A DNA stretch of 64,000 nucleotides, taken from the NCBI GenBank assembly GCA_043228905.1, contig JBHGNT010000020.1:12896001-12960000 (forward strand), given 5' to 3'. Origin of the DNA: Azolla caroliniana. Taxonomy: Eukaryota > Plantae > Polypodiophyta. Position 1 is the first letter of the stretch, and each line of letters begins with the position of its first letter. A model generated the notes under the pieces. That model was given only the letters and a program-made list of their open reading frames with translations, made no database searches and had not been told where the DNA came from. Made by a program: the position numbers and the translations under genes. Positions 37,555 through 49,797 of the stretch are shown piece after piece.

Positions 37555-40500
37555 CTAGACCTCAGCTGTGATCGACATTGAGCTCCCACAACAGTGAAAT
37601 ATTCCAACCATGGTCGTTGCTTGTTCATATAGTTGTGGCCGATGAGAAACTATGATATACTGGGCTTGACCTTGCTTCTGTGCCAAAAGAAAACAACTTT
37701 CACAGTGCACATTAAGATAGATTTATGCCAAATAAAAGGAAACACTAAAAAATAAATTTATTAGTAGAAAATTCATTAGCTTTAGAAGAAATTATCTTCT
37801 AGTAACAAGTAATGACGAGCTAGCAGACATTCATGCATAGAATGCCAACGAAGAAATTGAAGAACTATGGAAACTCTGAGGTAATCCTCAGGTTTTCTTT
37901 AGTTTAAATAGAATTTCTCCAAACAACGTTGGTCAACTGCTGAAAGAGATGAATTTGATGATACAATTTTTCAAAGAATACATAATTGAGAACAAGGGGG
38001 ATGGATTAACCAATATAATTGCTCCAAAATCTTCTTCAGGTTAGACAAAGCGCATTTAGAAGTATTGCAGAAACACTACGGCAATCGGGGAAATAAAGAA
38101 AAAACTATGAAACGTATGGTAAATGATAAGATTTGAAATAGAAAATCTCAGAATTAACAGAGTCCACCTTGACATAGTCGGCTACTAGTTGAGCATTCTT
38201 GGTGTCCAAAGCAGCATCAATCTCATCAAAGAAGTAAAATGGTGAAGGGAACTGCAGCTGCAGACTGAAGGACAGAGCAAGAGCGGCCAATGATTGTTGG
38301 CCTCCAGATAAAGAGCTGAAACTACACCATTTATGCCGACCTGGCCGCACTATTTACAAGCAAAAAGTACTATTTTTGAGAGGGGTATTCTGGTAATTGC
38401 TATAACACTTATGGATAGTTTGGCAAATAAACAATCCCTAAGGCTATTTAGGTGTTTTCCCTATTTTCATATTTAGGAAAAATGTGTAAATAGGGCATCA
38501 ACAGTAAGTGCATAATGTCTCCTATAAAGCAACCAAATCCATTGAAGCAGTAAGGAAATATACTAGTATTGTAATTACCTTGGAAATTCACACCTTCAGT
38601 GAAAAGAAGTCTTTTCTCTTCAGTGAATGATAGATAAGCATCCCCATGCTTTGTGAGTTCACCATAAATACGTGTGAGGTCGACATTTACCTAAAACAAG
38701 AACAGAAGAAATGTTATCATCTGATCAATTGCATTTGCATGGTAAAGATAGTTAAATAAACACAGTGATTCTATGCGAAATGGATATGAAATAAACATAA
38801 CAAGGAAAGAAACAGAGGACAAACCTTTCTTATTGACACCCTAAAGATTTCAAATCGTTCATTTTCAAGTGCTTCTTTTCTCAATTTCATAGAGTTCAAG
38901 AGTTCCTCAATTTTCTCAGTTTCCTTTAGAAGATGGGACTCGACTTTCCTACAGTTAAGATCCTCATCCAGTGTTCTTGGATCAATTGAACTGTCAAAGG
39001 TAACACTCCACATTGTTTAGTTGTATAAGTGAGCTAATAGACAAAATAGGGCGTTTCACCTATGAAGTCGCTTTAGAGACAATTCTTCTTCAGCCAGAGT
39101 TACACCTTCTAAATCTTCGTCCTTCCCCCCAAATTGATTCCCCTCACTGGAGAATTTGAAATCGTGGTAAATCCTTTTCACCTGACTTTCCTCAGAGCCC
39201 TCATCCAATTCATGAACAATTTTGTTAAGTCTGTCTCTCAATTCAGATGTTGACTCAGATATATTTTCAAGCCGTTTCTGGATCTTGACCTGGAAAAGCA
39301 TGTTAATCCTCTCTTCATCTAGAAAGAAAATGATGTATCAAAACTGTTGCACAATGATTCTAGAACAAAAACAAACTTCTTCTTTCAATAGAGCTGTTAT
39401 TTCAGTCTTATGCTTATATGCTTCCTCGTTTAGTTCTCGTATTTTTTGAGAAATAATCTCAACTTCAGCTGTCCTGCAGATGTCATAGGAGATTTCAGTA
39501 TTCCAATCAGCATGCCAAGAGTAATGTGCTTGTTATTTAATAGTAAGACAATCACCGATCAGAAAAGGAATCCATACATTTCATTGCTTTGAATTCTTTT
39601 CTGCTCTAGTTTTACTGTTAATTGCGAATGTCTTATTTTTAGTTCTGCTAGAACTGTCTTCTTGTTGGCAAGTTCCACAGATAAGCTTTGTTCTTTTTTT
39701 ACTTTCTTCGACAATTTGTTCATGCAGAATTGAGTCTGTTGAGCTTCCAACTCACATTTTTTAATTTCTTCATCCAAAACATTAACATTTCTTCTCCATA
39801 CTTGCATCTCAGGTAATACGTTATGAGTCGTGGAGTACTCAAGATCCATCATCACACCATGAAGCTGTGCTTCCTTATCATGCTGTTTTTTTGCTTTAGC
39901 ATTCATGATGAATAACATCTCCTTCTTCTCCTCTAATAGTGAACTCAGCAAACTCAAATGATCACTTTTGCTTCCATCAAGCTTCTGCAATTCTTTTTGA
40001 AGCTCCCTCTCTTTTGATTTTAGTGTATTGATCTTAATCTCGTAGTTCACAAGTTCTTCCTTGCACACTTTTTGTCTTGCCATGACAATGTTCAATTCAT
40101 CCTCATGGTTGACCATAGAAGATTCTAGACTAGGATTTTTGCAACCTTGTAATGAGTAATTAATCTGGTTCTTAATTGCAGCAACAACCTCCCCATCCTG
40201 AAATCATGCATTTGAAATCATGAATACCCATAATTTGATTATTTTCTGTGTCAAATAGAGGATAGGAATGTGATGTTATTACATACATGTTTAAAAATGT
40301 CCCCCTTAAGAGTCACTACATTTCTCTGAAAAACATTGGTTTTCTTTCTAAAATACGAAATTGCTGCATCCCGATCCTTTAAAATAATCCAATTTTTGGT
40401 GTACTTCCAGAAAATTGGTTTATAGACATGTGCACACTGAAGGTACTCCATCACTGATTGCTCTTGCCTAAGATCTGACATATCATCGGACTGTTTATAG

Positions 40501-43500
40501 AACCCATGTGCCTCTGAAAGGATTTCGCAAGTCACGACACCAATCCGCTGAGACTGAAAATGATGGATCACTTCATCTGCAGTTTTGCGATCTTCAGTTA
40601 CAAACCTGGATTATGAACGTAAACAAACATTATTGATTTGATCTTGCAGAAATGAAAGGAAAAACGTGCAATGTTATTGAACTTGCATAATATGGGGTCA
40701 TTCTCAGTAGTGTAACACCCACATCTTACAGCCATAGAATTGAGATGGATCCTTGAAATACAACATAAAATTTATGGATATACAGCAATATTAATTCAGT
40801 TTGATTATATATTCCTTTTATTGCGACAATGCTCAAGCCACAGAGATAGATAGACAAATATAGGTCACCTACGTCATTGATGTGTTTATCAAATGGCTCA
40901 TAACAGAATTAGCTGCCTGCTTCATGTTGTCCTCAACCTTTGCAAGGTCTATCAAACGACCATGGAATTTCTCTTTCAACTTCACCCTGAGTACTTCCAA
41001 AGCTTTATCCACCCTTGAGACTCTGCTTAGTTTATTGTGAGAGTTTTCGATTTCCTTCCTCAGTTTAAAGAGTTCTAGCTAGAATAATTGTTTCAAAAGA
41101 CAAAAATAGAAAGCTATTGGCCATCAATGTATCAGGTACCTACGCTGTGAAATTAATATCAATGCATCCGGTTTACCTCATCCCTTTTCAATGATTCTTT
41201 AAGATTGACAATTCTGGTGGAGACCTTTGTGGACTCGGAAATTGTTGCTCGCAACACTTCCTGAAGAACTGCAATATCTTCTTCTTGTTTCTTTTTCTTT
41301 TCGGTCATTTCAACACAGCGTTTTTCTATTGAATGAATCTGGGAGGATATCAGAGGACACTAAGTTTACATTGCAACGAAACGTTTCTGAACAAATATAT
41401 GAATAATTAAAACGAAAAATGCAGATCATGTTCAACATGTTTAGGAAAAGGTCTTAGATATTGCATGGTAAAATACTTGGGCTGTAATATTTCAACGTGA
41501 ACATAGAAAGAAATTTCTGAGAGATAAATAAAAACTCGTGTGAAAACCATGGAAATTTTCCATTAGAAGTCAATTCTTGCTGCCAAGCTTTAAACAGTCA
41601 CATTGGAATTCAAATATAATCAAAATGCTTAGATATGAATGTAAAAAGAAGTTTAAAAAAATGACAGCAAATAAACAGAAGAGATAAAATCATGAAAACC
41701 TTTGTATTTAAAACTCAGTTCTCAGTATTATATCGCTGCAGTCGTAATGACAAACGAAATATTTCAGCAGTGAGTGCCAGTGACAACCTTCCAAGATGAA
41801 TGTGTACCAATGAACCTAGCAGAATGAGAACTTAGAGCAGACTAAGGCAGTGACTGTAATATATGATTGTTTTTCATGAGAAAGTTAAATAATGAAATAA
41901 GTTGATAGAAAAGGGGGTCAAATAGCGTCTACTAAGTTAATTTACTAGGTACAACAATAGGAGACATCAGAATTCAGAGTTAAAGAAAGCAAATTGTAGC
42001 ATAGGCATAAGAACAAGTAACAAAACCCCTACCAATTTAGATATGGAATAACATTTAATTCTGAAATTTCTTAAGGATCCCAAAAATACCTAAATTTAGA
42101 TAACATGCCATAAGACTGGAGAAACAGCAATAAAAGATACCTCTTCTTTAATTTTGGATGCTATAATGGAATCATTTTTTATCTCTTCTCTGATGTCAGA
42201 CAAAGCTTCCTAATAAAGTAAACAAGAGTAACTCAGCATGAGCATAGATCTTATAATTGTAAGAGATTCATACCTTTTTCAAAGCTTACATGAATCTTTG
42301 AGATTTCCTGAGATGATTCATCCTCAGCATCTTCAGTAGCAGATATCAAGTCATGATTATGGTTCATAATTCCATCAAGACTTTGGAATAATCTCGGTTT
42401 CTTTTTTGCCAGCTCTTTTCTTTGTTGTTCCAGTGTTTTCTTTTTCTCCTTGATGTTATCAAGAATCTTAGAGAGAGATGCGAGTTCATTATCCATTGCA
42501 TGTCGCTGGTTATGCATGAGCAAATATTCATTTTCTTCAATTTCAGCATCTTTTTTTGCAGCACTGAGACGTACCTGCAAAGTTCCTCTATTAAATTATC
42601 ATATAATCCTCTACCCTGACACAAGATTTTTACTGAAAAGAAAACAACATGCCTGTTTAACAAAAGACAGCAATATTAGGCCATACTGTCAACAGTCTAA
42701 ATGACAGATTATCAATGCAAACAATGTACTAAGGCAATATTAAGTGTCTAAAGTAGGAAGATAATTATGAAGAGCCAAACCTTTTCTTTTAATTGTTCCT
42801 TCCGTACTTCAGCAACATGTTTCTCAACACCTTCTACCTCCTTTTGTCTTTGTACCAATAGATAATTTAAATCAGCAATCTGTGAATTCCCTGATATCAG
42901 CAGCTCTTGTAAAGCCTACCTTCCAATGAAGGGCAACAATGATTTCCCAAAAATAGAGGCTAAATTAAAATTGCAATCCGAGGATACATGACGTTTTTCC
43001 TTGATCTTGCATACTTCTGCATACGCAATGTCCTTCTGAGCTACATTCTGTTGCAGCTTATATCTCAATGAATTCTCTTGGAATTTCAAATAAGTGATCT
43101 TCCTCAATTGGAAGTCGTGCCATTTGCTATTGAAACTGTAACAGAAAGAAAGTGTTAATTAACCAGACTTGATTCGCTTATTAATAGAGGATGTGCCATA
43201 ACCTAGTCGCTATTGGTAAACTTCGTTGATGCAAATCCCAACAATTTACAGACAACCAAGAAAAATGAAGGGTATGTTTCTGACCTGATGGCACACACAC
43301 TTTGTTTGAAACAATTTTATTTTTGAATGTAGTGCATATTTCTGTGAGACTGCACACACTACATACATATCAAATCCACATGATGAATGGAACTTAAGTT
43401 AGGTCACTCCACGGCTTCTTCATCATAAGGAGCATATCTTACAAAACTAATAAGAACGGTTCGAACTCCTGCATATGTCAACATGCTCACATATTTCTGT

Positions 43501-46500
43501 GAGACTACACGTACAACATATCCAATCCACAGGATGAATGGATCTTTAGTTAGGTCACTCCATGCCGTCTTCATCATTTGGAGCACACCTTGCAAAACTA
43601 ATAAGAACAGTTTTGACTCCATTATATGTCTACATGCTCACATATTTCTGTGAGACAATACAATAACATACCAAATCCACAAGAAGAAAGGATCTTCAGT
43701 TAAGTAACTCCACGCCTTCATCATTAGGAGCATATCTTGCAAAATTAATAAGAACGGTTCCCAATCCTTTATATGTTAACATGCTCAAATGCATGCATGA
43801 CAATGCCTTGTGATCTTAGAGCCATGTCCTACTGGGATTTAGAAAAAACATAAACTTAAAATACGTGGTGTTTCACCTATAAAAGTGAGCTTTTTAGCTG
43901 GTTGATGTTTTGAAAAATCCTTAATATTGATGAAGTTTCACGTTTTCAAAGTTTTAGTATCTCTGCCAAAAATAATACAATTAGATTTATTCAATTAGCA
44001 GATCAGTGTGGGATAATGGTAAAGCTACTAAAACCTCGTCGGACGTGACTTTTAGAGAACTTAGCATTCTGAATTTATGATACATCGACTATATGCGTCG
44101 TAATGGGAGATACCAATATTGTGAAGGTGTTATTCCAGAATTCTTCAGGTTTCCATTTCAGGATGATTACGTCATAAAGAAAGCATCTCGAAATAAGAAT
44201 AGCAATAGAGTAATGATTGAACTGAGACAATTTATCTGCAAATACCCTTCATTTACCTCTGCCAATTCTTAACTTCAGGTTGAAGCACTTCTATCCTTGA
44301 TTGTACCTCAAGAAGTTTTTCTTGCAGGGAACGGCTTTCAATGAACTTCTCAGATATCTCTGCATCTATTTCTTTGACCAGTTCTTTGAAATGAGCTGAT
44401 CCAAATATAACTTCTAGATACTGGGAAAAGGGAAGTGATCTAACCATTAGAATCAAACACCATATTGCCGGAAAACACAAAATCAATTCAATAGCCACAA
44501 TTTTTAAGGAATCACCTCACACAATTCAGATGGCTGCTTTGCTTTGACCGCATGTCTACTTTGCATAATTATAAATCTGATGTAAAACGGTTAGGAATAG
44601 AATCCGCACAACATGAATTCAAGCTTTAAGAATTTTCCAATGGTATGTATATGTTTTCTCATACCTCTCTGTAATATCTGCAGAAATACCAAATTTTGAT
44701 AGTTCTTCTTTCAGCTCTAGAAAGGAGAGCTGTCTGAATCAAAATTCAATGGGGACGAAAAAATCTGTCAGACAAAAGATTTTACAAGAGCCGATTGAAA
44801 ATTAAAGGTTTTAAAATCTTTTACTTATTACTAATTCACCTCTTTCCCCCTTCTGAGTTTAAAAAATAATTGCTGGTAGATCCACTAATAACTCTCGACA
44901 CTCTAATAGAATGTCTGCCAATGGCTTCTAATGTCACTGTAACCTTCCAAAAAAACGTGAAGTTTACTTTCCATTCCCGTGAAGTTCAATACAGTACTGT
45001 TGTTGATGCATAGAAATAGCAGGTATAATGTGTTTACACAACAGCTTTGATTCATTTATACTGACCATGAATCAATTTTACAGTTTTCTCGTACATCTTT
45101 GATGGAACCAACAGAATTCACAGGAAATGGAAAAGTTTTTTTGCTGTGTGTACTATGCTTAAACTGGACACATTCAGATACGTACGTTGCACGACGAAAG
45201 AATTACCATGATGAATATTGACTCCTACGTGTGATTTTGACACAAAATCATTGCTTATTCTATGTAGAATCATTTAGTAGTTTGTACTGGTCATATAGCA
45301 GTTGTTAGAATTGAAAGAAAGAGACATGAGAGTGTGAAATATAAGGCCATAGATAAGTTACTTCCAAATATTGCGATGAAAATGTGTTCCAATAGGTTAC
45401 TTCCAAATATTGCAATGAAAGTGACTGGGATTTTTGTACGAAATTATTGTTTGTTTTACATACAGACGGGGAGAGAGAGAGAGAGTATGTAGTACCTTGG
45501 CCACAGACGTCTGCTTACTGTTTCTCATGTCTTCATTCAAAAGGCCGAACAAAGACTTGGTTCTCAGGTTTTTTGCAGAACCTCCAAAAACAAAGCCGAG
45601 GGCTTCCCCAATGACCTGAAATAATTAGGAAAGAGAACTTTATTCAAAAGTTATCCAGATTAAATTACGTTGAGAAAGGAATAAAGAAGAAAGCAGAAAG
45701 CAGAAAACTGCGCAGTTTTTCAAAGCAAAGGGAAATTTGGACAGAAGCCAGTTCGTTCTTCTCTAAAAGCATCAGTTTAAACGGGGATGAAAGGAAGAAC
45801 TGAGAAAGCATCTAAACATTGGCTAGTAAGCATAAGATTCTGCATTTTCTTGAAGCAATAATGAGAACAGTATCTGAGCTGTACCTAATCAGGAGAGACG
45901 GTAAAAGACAAACAAAGGAATATTGTATACTGAGTAGAAATTAGTAGAGAACTGCACATTTTCTTAAACAAATTCATGGTGGAAATAAAAAGTAGAGAGC
46001 AACGCAACTTCTTGAAACAGAATAGTGCTGCTTTTGAAAGGAATCAGCTAGTATTTAGAGCCGAAGAATGAATTGCTACATATGTTAGCATAAAAGCATG
46101 TGTTTTCTAGTTGAAGCAAACGGAAATCAGCAGAAAACTGTGCATTTTCCAGTTGAAGTAAATTCATGGAAACCAGCTGAGTCAGAACAAACTTGTATAA
46201 ATCAGCAGATTAAAACAGTGCGTTTTCTTGAAACGGAAAAGCACTCCTTCAGAAAGAAAGCAGCTTGAGTAATACGAGTCAAAGAAGAACAAAGTGCGTG
46301 TAAATGAGCAGAAAACGGTGTGTTTTCTTGTTGAAGATAATGGAAATCAGCAGAAAACTGTGCATTTTCTAGTCGGAGCAAATCCATGAAAAGCAGCAAA
46401 AGTATTCGACTTGTAGATCAGTAGATTAAAACCATTTTCTTGACGCAAATACCCCCCAGAAAGAACTGTGAAGTTGGAGCACATTCATGGAAGCTAGCAG

Positions 46501-47087
46501 AACACCGTACATTTTCTTCAAGCTAGTTTTTCTTGTAACCGATTCATGGAAATTAGAAGGAAAGAAGCCAATTTATTAAAAGAACTATAAACGGTTTCAT
46601 TTTTTCAAGCACATTTACAGGAATTAGTAGAAAATGGGACCTTTTCATAACGCAAACTCATAGAAATAAGTAGAAAAACGAGCATTGTCTTCGTAAAAAT
46701 CCGTGGAAATCAGCCGAAAACTGAGCATTTCCTGGTTGGACAAATAATGAGAAAAGATGAATAAATATATATGCATACACTCTTGCCAGCACCATTAGGT
46801 CCAACGATGCAGGAGAAGTCTGAGAGAGGGCCGATCTTTGATTTCGATTTGAAGCTCTTGAAACCTCGGATGGAGATCTCCTTCACTTTCACCGTTGCTG
46901 CCATATCCATAGGAACTTCATCTGATTCTCTGCTACTTCCTCTTCCCGTTAAGGAGTGCTTACATGATAATCCATGGTGATCAGCCTCGACATTCATATT
47001 AATCTCCTCGGGTGTCAGAATGGAGCACTTCGGGATATGGAGGAAAGGCTTACAAGATAATCCTTCCTGGTCAGCCCCCGCATTCAT
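37555..47087 (-). CDS. Divergent SMC-family ATPase, closest by motif to SMC4; 20 exons, ~1217 aa
   Basis: Minus-strand GT-AG exons: 47087-46779, 45615-45496, 44943-44840, 44733-44665, 44576-44516, 44420-44257, 43135-43015, 42915-42781, 42574-42290, 42209-42141, 41338-41177, 41078-40873, 40605-40287, 40197-39578, 39473-39377, 39289-39060, 38990-38825, 38690-38579, 38349-38168, 37677-37555 (3654 nt, phases consistent). Motifs: GFKSF, Walker A GPNGAGKS, Q-loop RFIIMQ, coiled coils, hinge FHGRLIDL...VTLKGD, signature LSGGQ, Walker B/D-loop FFDEIDAALD. The start codon is uncertain. Confidence 0.88.
43335..43787. repeat. ~152-bp tandem repeat x3 in SMC intron 6
   Basis: catatttctgtgagac...aactaataagaacggtt...acatgctca starting near 43335, 43490 and 43641. 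Confidence 0.9.
45690..46735. repeat. Degenerate ~43-bp minisatellite filling SMC intron 1
   Basis: Recurrent (ggaaatc)agcagaaaactgtgcattttc variants, for example at 46125, 46345 and 46709. Confidence 0.65.
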
Positions 47088-47224
47088 ATTATTCTCCTGA
47101 GGAGTCAGTGTGGGGCACTTCAGGCCATGGAGGAGGACAGGCTCTTTCTTCAACCTTCCATATCTATCTTCCTGATGAGGGTGGTAGTGCTCTCTCTCTC
47201 TCGATCGCACAGCGAAAACACTGT

Positions 47225-47570
47225 TTAATTAATTGCATGTAAAAAACACCAATATATTGTCAAATAACAACCTTAATTGTAAACTAATTGCATTTAAAAT
47301 CACTAATAACAAACTTAATTTAAAATTAATTGTATGTTAAAACACTAATAACAAAGTTCATTTTAAACTAATTGTATGTAAAAACACTAATAACAAACTT
47401 CATTTTAAACTAATTGTATGTAAAAACACTAACAAACTTCATTTAAAACTAATTAATTGTATGTAAAATCACTAATAGCAAACTTCATTTAAAACTAATT
47501 AATTGTATGTAAAAACACTAATAATAAACTTCATTTAAAACTAATTAATTGTATGTAGAAACACTAATTA
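47225..47570. repeat. AT-rich ~40-44 bp tandem repeat, ~8 copies
   Basis: aattgtatgtaaaaacactaataacaaacttcatttaaaact units just upstream of the SMC gene. Confidence 0.9.
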
Positions 47571-48419
47571 TGTGCTAGTCCACCTTTGCTTCATGCTAAT
47601 CCCAAAGATAAACCCCCCAAATGAAGACCGTAGTCACTAGTGCCAATTTAGAATGCCAACTATGTTTGCAATATCTCCAACCATCCATGATGAGAATTGT
47701 GTACATTCAATCCTTGTTTCAGACTAAGATAATAGTGATTGAATACATTGAATGGAGCAATGGTACAAGAGATTAGTAATCACTATTAAAAATTGAGTTT
47801 AACCCCTTAAACACCATCTCTAACTCACTCAGACGCATATGTTTACAACAATCTCATGTATAGTGTTGTAAGCATATGCTTGCTATTTGTTAGAGCACAT
47901 GTGTTGATTGTCTGCATGTCTTCATTAATGCTCGGACAAACTAGTGAATTCGTTCATTGAAATGTAGGATCTTTAACTTTGACAATTCTCAATTGCTTTG
48001 GACTAGTATGAAATGTTGATATGTTGCTTTACAAATTGGAGAGTTCAAGAAATTGCTTTGGGAAATTATGGTTTTAAATCTCACTTTCAACACCAACATT
48101 AGGCTTGCAAAAACCGCTACGCTATGCACACATCTCGAACTTGAATTCATCAATGCGTCATTACGATGATAGCGCTCAACAAGTGATTGATTCATTTTGT
48201 ACTACCTATTGTCAAACCCACTGGAAACATAGAGTCATAGTTTCTCCTGCGATTGTGAGAAACAAGGTCGTGTGAGAATTGTTTAAATAATAGCCACGGG
48301 GTATGTTCTCGGGTAGAGTTAGAAGAGATGCATCAGGGACGGGGTTTCGAAGCTAGCGAGAGATGGACAAGCATGTGTCATTGGGCAACGACAAGTGGAT
48401 GCCACCCAATAAAGAAGTA

Positions 48420-48737
48420 GTGGTTGAGCTTATCACACATGAGGTGGTAGTGTGGTTATCATATAATAGGCGGTGTTGTGGTTATCATACATGAGGTGGC
48501 GGTATGTGCTTATCATATACGAGGCGGTGGTGTGCTTATCATATACGAGACGGTGGTGTGCTTATCATATACGAGGCGGTGGCGTGCTTATCATATACGA
48601 GGTGGTGGTGTGCTTATCATATACGAGATGGCGGAGTGCTTATCATATCATATACGAGGTGGTGGAGTGCTTATCATATCATATACGAGGCGGTGGTGTG
48701 CTTATCATATCATATACGAGGTGTGTGCTTATCATAG
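48420..48737. repeat. 26-bp (31-bp variant) minisatellite, ~11-12 copies
   Basis: gtgcttatcatatacgaggcggtggt units; later copies have an extra catat. Confidence 0.93.
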
Positions 48738-48938
48738 GGGCATTTGGGGAAATAATAAATTTGAATGAACTCGGGAGGGGTACCCCTTAGAGATTCTCCA
48801 TAACCATCGTCGTCTTCTTCTTCGTCTTCGCCCCCAGTCTGCAGAGAAAAAGAACAGCAGAGCCTGCGATCGATCGAGAGAAGCCTTTTCCTCTCACTCT
48901 TCGGCTTCGTTTAGTTAGCGGAAGAGACACGCAGAGAT

Positions 48939-49797
48939 ATGTCTTACCTTCTACCTCACCTTCACTCAGGCTGGGCTGTGGATCAGGCCATTCTCGCAGA
49001 GGAGGAGCGTGCCGTGGTCATCCGTTTCGGCCACGACTGGGATGAAACCTGCATGCAGGTAAACTTATCTTCATCTCCTGTAAGATCTCTGGATTTCCCT
49101 TTTCGTACTCCTTTCATGGTTTCTTATTCGTTTTTGGAAGTTTCTTGTCCGCTTCTGGAGTCGTTTCTCGTGCTTTCGCGAGACTTGTCCCGAACCTAGC
49201 AGAAAGCTGGGCTCGCTAGATTTCCCTCTCAAGTCTCCATTGTTGTGGCGTCATGGACTCACTAATGTTCTTTTGATTCGGGAAATTTGGTCTGACGCTC
49301 ACTAAAATATAATCTTCTAGATTTCCCTATCAAGTTTCCATATCCATGGTTCAGCTACTTGTCAGTTTCAATTGCTTTGAAAGATTGCACTTTCCTTTGC
49401 TATATTATTGATGATCGTTTCATTTGCTTTGCAAGTGGTTCTTTTCTGAAGCTCTGATTATTGCTGTTTGTTTGTTTGTTTGTTATAGATGGACGAGGTT
49501 CTTGCATCTGTGGCCGAAACGATCAAGAATTTTGCAGTCATCTACCTTGTAGATATTACTGAAGTTCCTGATTTCAACACAATGTATGAACTTTATGATC
49601 CATGCACAGTCATGTTCTTCTTCCGGAACAAGCATATCATGATCGATCTTGGCACAGGTAACAACAACAAGATCAACTGGGCCTTGAAGGATAAGCAAGA
49701 ATTCATTGATATAGTGGAAACTGTGTACAGAGGTGCGAGGAAAGGACGAGGTTTGGTTATCTCTCCTAAAGATTACTCTACTAAATACAGATATTAA
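48939..49797 (+). CDS. YLS8: Thioredoxin-like U5 snRNP protein Dim1/TXNL4A, 2 exons, 142 aa
   Basis: Exons 48939-49058 and 49489-49797. MSYLLPHLHSGWAVDQAILAEEER...FFFRNKHIMIDLGTGNNNKINW...GLVISPKDYSTKYRY. Confidence 0.97.

Noticed and set aside
37555-47087. Assigning the symbol SMC4 or SMC1
   Set aside because: Too many departures from near-invariant subfamily motifs; a phylogeny is needed first.
48420-48790. CRISPR-like array or repetitive ORFs
   Set aside because: The units are contiguous with no unique spacers, there are no cas genes, and the context is eukaryotic. The ORFs are repeat by-products.
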